Virus genome (UHGV): UHGV-0212009
DNA: 64,000 bases
Source of the DNA: a virus
Direction: 5' to 3' (one strand)
Of this stretch, positions 55,067-64,000 are shown in pieces (within the stretch, counting starts at the first letter, position 1; every line of letters begins with the position of its first letter). Position numbers and translations under genes: made by a program. The notes below the pieces were generated by a model that was given only the letters and a program-made list of their open reading frames with translations, was not told the DNA's origin and searched no databases.

Positions 55067-57138
55067 ACACATATCCTTTAGGTAATAATATACTCATACG
55101 TTGGCGTCTCCGTTATTCGGATGATTCCATATTCCCGTTATCCCTGTACGATTATGAACTTGGATACAGGAGCAATCGAGGTGCAAAGATGATTGCGGAT
55201 TCCTCGGTGGCTGTCCTTGATGGCGATTCGCTTACGTGGACATTCCGAGCAGAAGAGCAAATAACAGGAACATACACACTTTACCTAAAGATTATACTCT
55301 CCGGCAGCAGGATTATAGAGCTGCAATATGATAACGCGTTTGCGTTGTCTCCGCTTGCTGAATATGTGAACGGTGGTCAAGAAGTAAATATCACTTCTAT
55401 TTGTGATGGGATAGATCTTAAATCGGCCGTTTTGCAAGCTCGCAAGGCTATGGATATTGCCCTGGAGTCCAAAGTAAAGGCGTCGGACGTCCAGTTTGAG
55501 CGAGCTCTTGAGTATGGTATAGATATAGGCACTATAACCATTAACGGAATCAGTAAGAAAATATATTCACCGGATTACGTAGAATGGGGCAAAATACTCA
55601 ATCGTCCGGAATTATATACCAAATCTAAGATAGATGAGCTTTTATCGTCTATAACAACGCTTATTCCGAATACGGCCACTTCGGATAATATGTTGGCGGA
55701 TAAAGCATGGGTGAATAGCCGTATCAGTTATAGTATTGCCTCAAATACGGCAACGTTCAAGGGTACGTATGGTTCTGTCGAAGACTTGCCGAAAGAAGGG
55801 AATGTTACCAACGATTATGCATACGTCACAATTACGGATGCTTCAGGAACTACAACATATAACCGCTACAAATATACAGGAACTGAATGGGCTTTTGAAT
55901 ATGCCGTCAGCAACATAACATTTGATAGTGAGCAATGGGCAGCTATTAATTCCGGTATCACAAAAGAGCTTGTGGCTAAGATAGGTTCTGGGGTTTCAAG
56001 CAATTCCTACATTGGAACGACAAAAACACAGCCAGAACCACAGCCGCAGGCATTGACCGGTATTTTGTCGCTTGCATTGTCAGCAGATAAGTCTGGTACG
56101 TTGGAATATGATTTAGTAAAGGAAGCATGGCATCTATCTGATAATTTTATTGTTGATGGTATTCTTGCTGCGGGTGCTGCTGGATACAGTGGTGGCGGAA
56201 GTGGTTTCATTCAACTTGAATGGACGGATATTCAGAAACTGACAGAAAGCAAGGATGGTTATCTTGCTTCTGCATATGCTGTTAAGGAAGCATATAAAGA
56301 CTTACTTGCACAACAGACAAATATTCCTGCCTGGGCATTAAAGACCGAACCAGAACTATACATTGGGAAGACGAAAGTACAGCAGTCTTCTGCAATACAG
56401 GAACTACGCGGCATTTCCGCATATCATCTTGATGGCACTACAGGCACACTCACTTATGTAGATAACTATTGGAATCTATCAGATAATTTCGTTGTCAATG
56501 GTTTCCTTGCTGCCGGTTCCTCATTAAACAATGGAGGAGCAGGCTATACACAAGCAGAATGGTCATATATTCAAAAGATGCGGTCTTCTGAAGACGGTTG
56601 TCTTGCATCTGCGTATGCCATCAAAGAGGCTTATGATACAATCCTGAAGACGCATGTCGGAAAGACACAAGGTACTCTCTTCATTGGAGACAAGTCCTTT
56701 AATGGAGAGACAGATGTAACCATTACAACAACGGATCTTGGTATTCCTACTTGGGCAACGGATGAGCATCTTGCATTTTCATCATTACCGGAACTCTATA
56801 TCGGAAAGACGAAAGTGCAGCAAGCAGCAAAAGCACAAAGCATTACAGGAATACAATCGATTCTGCTCGAAAATGCTTTAGGTGCATTGCTGTATGACAA
56901 CAATGCTTGGTCTCTTGACGATAATCTTATTGTCAATGGTTTCCTTGCTGCCGGTTCCTCATTAAACAATGGAGGAGCAGGCTACATACAAGCGGATTTA
57001 GAAGATATCAAGAAGATGACGAAGCGCGAGGAGGGTGTCGTAGCTGATGCGTATGCAATGCACGAGATGTATGACGAAGTAAAATCCTCGGCATTGAGCA
57101 CTGCTCAAATAGAAGGAATAATAAATTTAATTCTTTAA
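55063..57138 (+). CDS. Tail fibre-like protein with three internal repeats
   Basis: Repeats YIGKTKVQ...LSDN.IVNG.LAAG...LASAYAVKE. Confidence 0.7.
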   Translation: MNTYPLGNNILIRWRLRYSDDSIFPLSLYDYELGYRSNRGAKMIADSSVAVLDGDSLTWTFRAEEQITGTYTLYLKIILSGSRIIELQYDNAFALSPLAEYVNGGQEVNITSICDGIDLKSAVLQARKAMDIALESKVKASDVQFERALEYGIDIGTITINGISKKIYSPDYVEWGKILNRPELYTKSKIDELLSSITTLIPNTATSDNMLADKAWVNSRISYSIASNTATFKGTYGSVEDLPKEGNVTNDYAYVTITDASGTTTYNRYKYTGTEWAFEYAVSNITFDSEQWAAINSGITKELVAKIGSGVSSNSYIGTTKTQPEPQPQALTGILSLALSADKSGTLEYDLVKEAWHLSDNFIVDGILAAGAAGYSGGGSGFIQLEWTDIQKLTESKDGYLASAYAVKEAYKDLLAQQTNIPAWALKTEPELYIGKTKVQQSSAIQELRGISAYHLDGTTGTLTYVDNYWNLSDNFVVNGFLAAGSSLNNGGAGYTQAEWSYIQKMRSSEDGCLASAYAIKEAYDTILKTHVGKTQGTLFIGDKSFNGETDVTITTTDLGIPTWATDEHLAFSSLPELYIGKTKVQQAAKAQSITGIQSILLENALGALLYDNNAWSLDDNLIVNGFLAAGSSLNNGGAGYIQADLEDIKKMTKREEGVVADAYAMHEMYDEVKSSALSTAQIEGIINLIL

Positions 57139-57141
57139 AAG

Positions 57142-58269
57142 ATGGCAATATCAAACAACACTTATTTGGATTATGATGGCTTAAAAGTATATACTCAGGC
57201 ACTGCTTGGGAAGTTTGCTTTGTCATCCAAAACTCCTGAACTTGACTCTAATGGTATTATTAAAAGTCAATATCTTCCAAGTTATGTGGATGATGTTGTC
57301 GAATATGCCAATCGTGCTGCGTTCCCTTCCGTGGGTGAAAAGAGTAAGCTCTATCTTGCGCAGGATACCGGTGACATCTATCGTTGGACAGGAACACAGT
57401 ATGTAAATATGCTCTCCGCTGACGGTATTGCAGCGCAGGCCGCAAAAGTGACGAATGCACTGACTTTCGGCAGTAAGACTTATGACGGTTCTTTGGCACA
57501 GACTATTACCAAAGCGGACCTTGGTCTTGGAAATGTAGAGAATGTGGCCATCTCCACTTGGAAAGGTTCTACAAATATCACCACTCTTGGTGTAATCACC
57601 ACTGGTACTTGGCACGGCACTAAAATAGCAAATGAGTATTTGGCTAATTCAAGTATCACCATAGGAACGACACAGTTCAATCTTGGAGATGCGAAGACTG
57701 CTATCGAAGGACTTACATCACTTCTTTTCTCCGGTGCTTCCGGTGCTCTTACATACAATAAAACCGACAAGTATTACAGTCTTGCTGATAATCTTGTTGT
57801 TAATGGTATTCTTGCTTCTGGAACATCTGGTACTGGCGGGGCAGACGGTTATTCACAAGTAGAATGGGCGGACATACAAAAGATGACTGGGAGTATTTCC
57901 GGTTCATTGGCGTCTGCTTATGCTGTTAAGGAATCCTATTCAGCACTTAATACCGTAGTATCTAAAAAGGCAGATAAAATCACTCTTGATGCGGTCACCA
58001 CAAGAGTAACCTCGTTGGAGAATAAATATACGGCAGTAACGACTGATATAGCAAATCTGACGGTGCAAAATGCTACGACTACGGTACTTGGTCTTATAAA
58101 GATATACAATAAGCGTACTGCAAATATCACTGCAAGCTCGGCAGGAACTAACGGTCTTAATTGTGGTGTTGAGCTTGGAGCTGATAATAAGGCATTTGTC
58201 AACGTGCCAATTGAAGGTCTTACCAATACGCAGATAAACGAAATTATAACAGAGGTATTCGGAGCATGA
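57142..58269 (+). CDS. Tail fibre-like protein
   Basis: LPSYVDDVVEY, LGLGNVEN, one copy of the same repeat. Confidence 0.7.
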   Translation: MAISNNTYLDYDGLKVYTQALLGKFALSSKTPELDSNGIIKSQYLPSYVDDVVEYANRAAFPSVGEKSKLYLAQDTGDIYRWTGTQYVNMLSADGIAAQAAKVTNALTFGSKTYDGSLAQTITKADLGLGNVENVAISTWKGSTNITTLGVITTGTWHGTKIANEYLANSSITIGTTQFNLGDAKTAIEGLTSLLFSGASGALTYNKTDKYYSLADNLVVNGILASGTSGTGGADGYSQVEWADIQKMTGSISGSLASAYAVKESYSALNTVVSKKADKITLDAVTTRVTSLENKYTAVTTDIANLTVQNATTTVLGLIKIYNKRTANITASSAGTNGLNCGVELGADNKAFVNVPIEGLTNTQINEIITEVFGA

Positions 58270-60818
58270 TGAACGTAACTGATTATACAAACATTAAGAC
58301 GTTGCTTATTAAATTCAAGGAAAAGAGTGATGTCTTATATGCAAAGGCCGCAGCTCTTTCTAATTATGCGACAATAGAATGGGTTGGTACACAAATACCA
58401 TCTGTGGGAAATGGTACTGTAACTATAAAGCAGAATGGGACTTCAAAGGGTTCGTTCTCCATGAATCAAAGCGGGGGAGCAACCATAAATCTCACAGATA
58501 CTACATATAGTAGTCTTTCGGCAGTATCTGGGGGCACGGATAAGTCTCTCGTTACCACCGGGGAGAAGTACACCTGGAACAACAAGTGGGACTACAATGC
58601 TACCACTATTGCAGGTGTTAAAGTTAATAATGCCGTTGCTGCTGATAAAGCTCCGTGGAGTGGTATAACAGGCAAACCGACAACACTTAAAGGATACGGT
58701 ATAACGGATGCAAGCCGTATTTTCAGATATACTATACCGGCAAGCGGTAATAAGGGTGTTCGGATAACCTTTACCTCTGGAGAGCCTGTCAAAATAACTG
58801 TGAGTGGTGCAAATCAAGGCGCACAGCTTGTACTTATCGGCACTGGTTATGGCGAAGGTGGTTTTGTCCGTAATAATTTTACGGAAGTTGTACAAGGTAC
58901 TTATTATACTTGGTGCCTGGCAGATGAAACCCGTTCCGTTGAGATTTTCTCTATAAGACCTGAGCCAGATATGGTTACGGTCGAAAGTCCATCACCTGTA
59001 ACCTTCACTGCTATATCAGCATTGTCACAGCCTGCGGTAAACCGTCATCTGCTGACTTCTGAGAACTATTCTTACTATGCTCTTCCACTTACAGGAGGTA
59101 CAATAACAGGAAGTATTAAGATGGAGGGTATAAGTGAGGAGACCCCGCTTATCTATAACTACGGACGTTCAGTTGGTACAGCGAGTGGATGGGCGCGAAA
59201 CATCATTGAAGGTCGTGTGGATAATAAAAATGGTTTCCACGTTTCCGTTTTTGGAAGTTATACCCCGAAAGCTGAAAATAACAAAATTCAGTATGCCTAT
59301 CTCGGATTCGCTGAATATAACGGTTTGAACTTACGTATCTCAGACACATCTCTCACTTGGGGGAATGATGCTATCTATCATGCGGGGAACTTCATTGACG
59401 GGGTGAACTACATATCTCCAAAGACAACACTCAAAGGCTATGGAATTGAGGACTGGGTATTGAAAAATACCGCTAATTCACCGGATACTTTCCAGACTGC
59501 TGGTATTTATCGAGTGTCAGATGTTGGCACTACCGGCAATGGATATGAATTCCGTTACGGGCACGTCCTCGTGCTTCGTGGTGGTACGGGTTCTGACACT
59601 ATCGCTCAGATTGCTGCGCCTTACTTTGGTTCGAACTTGTATTTTCGCTCGGGAACAATCTCTAATTTTACAGACGCAGCCCATCCTTGGCGGACTATAT
59701 TTAATTCTGGCAACTGCAACTTGCCAACTGTACCTTGGACTTGTTCAAGTCTTACTGCAACAAACGATGTTACGGCAAAGGCAGGATTATATGGGCAATA
59801 CTTAGAGTTCACGAGCATAGGTTCCTCCGCAGGTCACGGTGGATTCATTGATTTTCATTTCAATGGTAACACGGCTGATTATACTTCAAGAATCATAGAA
59901 GACGCAAGCGGTCAAATAACAATAAAAGCAGGTGTGCTAAACATCGGTACATCAGCAAAAGGCTTTTTATACATGCTGCGCCCATCAGTCAATTATATTT
60001 GGGCAAACAAAGCAGGAGGCGAGATTTGCATTGGCACTGCCGATGGAGGAGAAACTTCTGAGTTAAATTCTGGTATTAACATCATCGGCAAAAGGGTTTA
60101 TATCGGAGGAACAGTGACTGGCAGCGATGCTCTGAATGTTGCAGGAGATGTTAAAGCTACCGGATGGTGTAAAGCAACCAATGGGCTTCTTATTGAAGAA
60201 TCTGAAGTATATTACACTCATCATTCTCAGTTTGGAGAAATTGATATAGTGAAAGGTAATGAATTTATTTGGGGAAGTAAAGCCGACACTCTCTATTTTA
60301 ACTATAGAGCTTCTGCTAACGGAACGACCACAGTAGCTCATTATATTTGGAATGCAGGCTCTCCAACGACTTATGCAACTCATACAATGGGCACATTAAC
60401 TGTCTTAGGAGCGATAACTGCTACTACCACGATATATGCAAAAACCGGTATCTACACTGACGGCTATATATCCGCCAAACAAGCATCTACATCGTCCGAT
60501 AGAAGACTTAAAACAGATTTTAGAAGCATAGACAACGCTCTTAAATATGTTCTGAACACTCATTACACACGATTTCGGTGGAAAGATGACAACAAAGAGT
60601 CCATTGGTATCATCGCACAGGAAGAACAGAATAGGGAATATGGATTCCTTGTGCAGAACAATGAAAAGATAGGACATCTTACCTACGATTATGCTGCTTC
60701 TACGGCACTTCTTGGAGCTGCAATACAGGAAGAAGATAGCAAGGTAGAGAAACTCAAGAAACGTGTCGCGGAACTTGAAAAGGAATTATCTAATCTAAAA
60801 AGGAAATGGCAACACTGA
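58266..60818 (+). CDS. Tail fibre/receptor-binding protein with C-terminal S74-type chaperone
   Basis: KPTTLKGYGITD repeats, LPLTGGTITG, SSDRRLKTD, GIIAQE, coiled-coil end. Confidence 0.85.
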   Translation: MMNVTDYTNIKTLLIKFKEKSDVLYAKAAALSNYATIEWVGTQIPSVGNGTVTIKQNGTSKGSFSMNQSGGATINLTDTTYSSLSAVSGGTDKSLVTTGEKYTWNNKWDYNATTIAGVKVNNAVAADKAPWSGITGKPTTLKGYGITDASRIFRYTIPASGNKGVRITFTSGEPVKITVSGANQGAQLVLIGTGYGEGGFVRNNFTEVVQGTYYTWCLADETRSVEIFSIRPEPDMVTVESPSPVTFTAISALSQPAVNRHLLTSENYSYYALPLTGGTITGSIKMEGISEETPLIYNYGRSVGTASGWARNIIEGRVDNKNGFHVSVFGSYTPKAENNKIQYAYLGFAEYNGLNLRISDTSLTWGNDAIYHAGNFIDGVNYISPKTTLKGYGIEDWVLKNTANSPDTFQTAGIYRVSDVGTTGNGYEFRYGHVLVLRGGTGSDTIAQIAAPYFGSNLYFRSGTISNFTDAAHPWRTIFNSGNCNLPTVPWTCSSLTATNDVTAKAGLYGQYLEFTSIGSSAGHGGFIDFHFNGNTADYTSRIIEDASGQITIKAGVLNIGTSAKGFLYMLRPSVNYIWANKAGGEICIGTADGGETSELNSGINIIGKRVYIGGTVTGSDALNVAGDVKATGWCKATNGLLIEESEVYYTHHSQFGEIDIVKGNEFIWGSKADTLYFNYRASANGTTTVAHYIWNAGSPTTYATHTMGTLTVLGAITATTTIYAKTGIYTDGYISAKQASTSSDRRLKTDFRSIDNALKYVLNTHYTRFRWKDDNKESIGIIAQEEQNREYGFLVQNNEKIGHLTYDYAASTALLGAAIQEEDSKVEKLKKRVAELEKELSNLKRKWQH

Positions 60819-61972
60819 CAAGAGACGACATAGAAGTCAAGGCTGACGGAACAGGAACACTGCAAACTTATCTGGGCAGCACATCCGGTGATGTTAAAAC
60901 GCTGTGTACTTTGCCTTCAATCAATAAGTGGAGCAGGAACAAACCGATAGAGTACAATACTTATGAACTCTTAACTCCACAACAGAGAAAAGAGGGACAG
61001 AAGTACGCATCCGGATATGTGTGGGGAGTTAAGATACGAGGAAATGCCCGATTGGAGACTATCCATGACTTCACATTTGATTACGACAAACCTACAACAT
61101 ATTTCCGGCTCATGGACTTTATCGGCTATGACAAAAACGCTACGGCTGATGTAAGCGGATTGGAATTGTCAGAGAAGATATACAAAGACCTCCCTGGGTA
61201 TCAGTATCGTGTTAATATCTACATTGATAATAATAACACTACTGGCGTAAGCGTGAAAAATGCTTTGAAAGATGCTCTTGCAATGTCTGGTGCAGAGGAT
61301 TCAGTGGCATTTAAGAACATCTATCCTGTTCTTGTTCTGGACGGCAAGGCTTGTGCAATGCGGAACACATCTGAGCATAAGGTTACGCCAATTTACTATA
61401 ACAACGCATGGCAAATATCCTTTGAAGCAAATGTCCAGACCGTTCTTGAATCATACGCCAAGGGGACTGCTGTCCGTATGACGGTTGGGCTTGTGGCTCA
61501 CACTGCGGACGGAAGTGCTTCTGGTATAGATGTAAGCGGTAATTGGTTTGACCTGTTTGGAATGGTATATTCTGACCCGGTATTTCCTACACCAAACTTG
61601 CTTTGCATCAACAAGACGGTTGAACAGTATTATAATGACCTTGGTTGTACTATTACCTCCCTCGCAGGCGACCCTACCCATTTGGCATTTATCTTCAAAT
61701 TCGATAATGAGCCTGGCACAGCCGTAGAGATGGTGTTTACAGCTGATATGAATGGTGTTCCATCATCAGTGAATTATGTGCACGAGGAAGGTGTTCTAAA
61801 ATTGACTCCACGAGTTACTTGGAAGTCATTGGGATATTTCGGCTCTCCAAAAGTGGGGACCAAGATAACAATCAGTTCCGCAACGGTGAAATTTAGACGG
61901 CAAGGGGAGACACAGTACACCCATGGAACGGGTTTATCAAATTATGTTGTTACCATAGTAAGTTCAGTGTAA
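60806..61972 (+). CDS. Tail-associated protein
   Basis: INKWSRNKP...FRLMDFIGYDKNA; related to 62288-63505. Confidence 0.65.
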   Translation: MATLTRDDIEVKADGTGTLQTYLGSTSGDVKTLCTLPSINKWSRNKPIEYNTYELLTPQQRKEGQKYASGYVWGVKIRGNARLETIHDFTFDYDKPTTYFRLMDFIGYDKNATADVSGLELSEKIYKDLPGYQYRVNIYIDNNNTTGVSVKNALKDALAMSGAEDSVAFKNIYPVLVLDGKACAMRNTSEHKVTPIYYNNAWQISFEANVQTVLESYAKGTAVRMTVGLVAHTADGSASGIDVSGNWFDLFGMVYSDPVFPTPNLLCINKTVEQYYNDLGCTITSLAGDPTHLAFIFKFDNEPGTAVEMVFTADMNGVPSSVNYVHEEGVLKLTPRVTWKSLGYFGSPKVGTKITISSATVKFRRQGETQYTHGTGLSNYVVTIVSSV

Positions 61973-62028
61973 TTTTCTAAAGTAAACCTTAACATTAATA
62001 AACATAAATCATTAAATTTGTAGTAGTT

Positions 62029-62295
62029 ATGATTAAATTCACAAACAAGACTTTCAAGGAGACTGTAGCAGTCTCGGAAGGTGATGTTACCATGAACGGA
62101 GTTATCGAATACAGTGCTGCCGGACTGCGTTCTGCAAACCTATCTTCTATCTATGCAGGTGGCAGTTGTGGAAGTGCTTCCATAGATTCTGACGGAAACG
62201 TACAGTTGTATGGTTTCAAGATAGAGGACATAGAAGCGGCAAGCAGCGCAGTTGCTGGTTGGATGACCGAAATAAAGACGCATATCAATGGCTAA
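62029..62295 (+). CDS. Small hypothetical protein
   Basis: 88-aa ORF with AT-rich leader. Confidence 0.7.
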   Translation: MIKFTNKTFKETVAVSEGDVTMNGVIEYSAAGLRSANLSSIYAGGSCGSASIDSDGNVQLYGFKIEDIEAASSAVAGWMTEIKTHING

Positions 62296-63505
62296 CTATA
62301 AACAGGAAACCTATGCTGCCTTTATCAGCAAGTTGCGGTCTGACTTCAAGTGTTCATATACGGACATTGGTCAGATATACGAGAAAGGCATCATAGCAAA
62401 AGCCGCGAAGTATAAACCGATAAGAGTCAAGGGTGTTAGAATCACTGATGCCCAGAGGGCAGCTCTTAATTACGGCTTCGCGGAGATTCCTTATATAGAC
62501 GAGACAACAGCCACGGAGCATCATGTGTGGGAGTATCAGAGACCGCGCGGTAAAGAGTACAATGAATACTATCGCAGAGAAGATGTGTTGAAGTCTGACG
62601 GAACATGGGGATATGACAAGAATGCAGTATCCCCGATACAGTTTGACGTTCCGACATTCAACAACACTATTGATTCATTCTGCTTTTGGTATTTCAATTC
62701 ATCCGGACAAACGGGATACAATCCTGAGACATGTGTCACGCTGCAAGACTGTATCGGTTCGTATTACGCAACTAACAGATACCCGTCAGTCTTAATTTCC
62801 AATGGTGTTACGGCAGTATTGGTATCTTCTGGAATGAACATCAAGAGTGTCGTAGAAGAGCATCAGGGTATCTGTGTTCTTCAGTTCAGTCAGGAACTTA
62901 TTGACCTCTTGCAGACAGTTGATTTCCGCAGTAAGGAATTATACTTCGTCGCCTGTCTGTCAAGGCTTGAAAGCGGCTTTCAGCGCACCAATCTGTCACA
63001 GTATGACAGTCGTTCCTTGGAGTTCGAGAACGGTAGCAGTATCGTCAAGAAGCGCATGACCTATGTGGATTCTATACAGGGACTGAGCGGAAGTGTGACA
63101 TCAGTTGCTCTTACATACGTCGGAACGGTGCAGGGCACGGGTTCTATCGGTGGTACATGGCGTAAATACAAACTGGGCGACATCAGCGCGAAACTCATTA
63201 CGCCAAGCACATGGAACAGAACGTCTGTCAATCTAAAAGCCTACTATACTTGTGAGGTTGGATTCGTCAACAACAAGGCTGATGTACCTGCTGATACTAT
63301 CAAGTTTGACGGCTCTATGGCTATTACGGGCAAGGGAACAGTAAAGACTGAAATAGTTGTTACTGCTGAGTCTCAGAAAGACTTTTTCTTGTTCATACCA
63401 ACTGCGGTACCGACAAGTACATCTGTAACGGTTCACCTATATGCATATCGTATCGGAGAACCGGATGTAGTATTATCATCAAGAACAATAACTTTAACAC
63501 AATAG
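62288..63505 (+). CDS. Tail-associated protein
   Basis: IAKAAKYKP...YRRED...GYDKNA. Confidence 0.65.
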   Translation: MANYKQETYAAFISKLRSDFKCSYTDIGQIYEKGIIAKAAKYKPIRVKGVRITDAQRAALNYGFAEIPYIDETTATEHHVWEYQRPRGKEYNEYYRREDVLKSDGTWGYDKNAVSPIQFDVPTFNNTIDSFCFWYFNSSGQTGYNPETCVTLQDCIGSYYATNRYPSVLISNGVTAVLVSSGMNIKSVVEEHQGICVLQFSQELIDLLQTVDFRSKELYFVACLSRLESGFQRTNLSQYDSRSLEFENGSSIVKKRMTYVDSIQGLSGSVTSVALTYVGTVQGTGSIGGTWRKYKLGDISAKLITPSTWNRTSVNLKAYYTCEVGFVNNKADVPADTIKFDGSMAITGKGTVKTEIVVTAESQKDFFLFIPTAVPTSTSVTVHLYAYRIGEPDVVLSSRTITLTQ

Positions 63506-63508
63506 AAT

Positions 63509-63718
63509 ATGAACGAAGCAAATGCAAAGAGGTGCAAAGAAGGACTGGTAGCTCTTCTTGCCGTTATCTGGATAATGGTGGCTATTGCCTGCTCAATGGT
63601 CATTCTGAATCATCTGGGAGTTGAATACATCGGCCCGGCACTTTTCAACATCGGATTCCACGGATTTGGAATTTGGTATTTCATTAAACATTCATTCAAA
63701 CAAATCAGACAATCATGA
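63509..63718 (+). CDS. Small two-TM membrane protein
   Basis: Two hydrophobic helices. Confidence 0.6.
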   Translation: MNEANAKRCKEGLVALLAVIWIMVAIACSMVILNHLGVEYIGPALFNIGFHGFGIWYFIKHSFKQIRQS

Positions 63719-64000
63719 CAAATCAAGAAGTAAGAGTACTATTGTTTTCAGGGGTGCTTGATGCAACTGCATTGACACTGCCTGCCAAGTCAGCATACAA
63801 ACTGTATAAGTTCCAGAAGTCTCTGAGAAAAGCCATTGAGACGATTCAAGAGAGCGAAAAAGAACTGGCAGTAAAAGCCGGCATTGACGACACTTCTGCT
63901 TTTGATACGAGAATGGAGGAACTACGCAAGATAGAAACTCCAACCGAAGCAGAGGAGAAAGAGATTGCAGAGATGAATCAGAAACTCAGCACCTTTAATG
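63715..64000 (+). CDS. Hypothetical protein, truncated by window end
   Basis: MTNQEVRVLL... open to window edge; ATGA overlap. Confidence 0.65.
   Translation, partial: MTNQEVRVLLFSGVLDATALTLPAKSAYKLYKFQKSLRKAIETIQESEKELAVKAGIDDTSAFDTRMEELRKIETPTEAEEKEIAEMNQKLSTFN

Larger units (their letters stand above)
1..64000. mobile_element. Temperate tailed phage genome (partial), Bacteroidota host inferred
   Basis: Integrase, repressors, xis, SSB, terminase, portal, capsid, tail fibre and lysis genes; no host housekeeping genes; Bacteroidota-type TAnnTTTG promoters. Confidence 0.95.

Noticed and set aside
20884..63943. Numerous short antisense and alternate-frame ORFs in the track
   Set aside because: Shadows of long genes lacking AT-rich leaders or domain-boundary placement
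1..64000. CRISPR array, reverse transcriptase/complete DGR, IS element, rRNA
   Set aside because: No regularly spaced repeats, RT motifs, transposase or rRNA-like sequence seen
1..64000. Stop-codon recoding or crAss-like assignment
   Set aside because: Genes are long and dense in the standard code; no virion RNA polymerase motifs recognised in the giant protein

Overview
The whole window looks like most of a temperate Bacteroidota-type phage genome. It is probably in excised/circular form, because an apparently intact attP sits beside the integrase. Host assignment is inferred from TTG-N19/20-TAnnTTTG promoters and AT-rich, SD-less gene starts. Gene order: late accessory genes and a probable terminase small subunit; integrase/attP; an immunity region with four tandem XRE repressor paralogues; cro/xis; recombination and replication genes (Sak/Rad52-like, Gp157-like, SSB, initiator with iterons); an accessory block (RNAP alpha-CTD-like protein, split C5 methyltransferase, dUTPase, VRR-NUC); virion/ejection proteins including a 5873-aa polyvalent protein; lysis cassette; portal; an inverted operon (terminase large subunit, rhomboid-like protease); scaffold, major capsid and tail fibres. 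Most unusual observations: (1) three promoter-hairpin-U-tract units hidden antisense inside the giant gene next to putative nuclease domains, plus two overprinted +1-frame ORFs; (2) a promoter-driven non-coding array of five tRNA-like elements with acceptor and T arms but no canonical anticodon arm; (3) stacked repressor/promoter/palindrome cassettes with different recognition helices; (4) a capsid protein with a membrane-anchor-like N-terminus encoded next to a rhomboid; (5) a 14-bp late-promoter motif present five times. All domain calls are by eye from motifs; no searches or folding programs were run.
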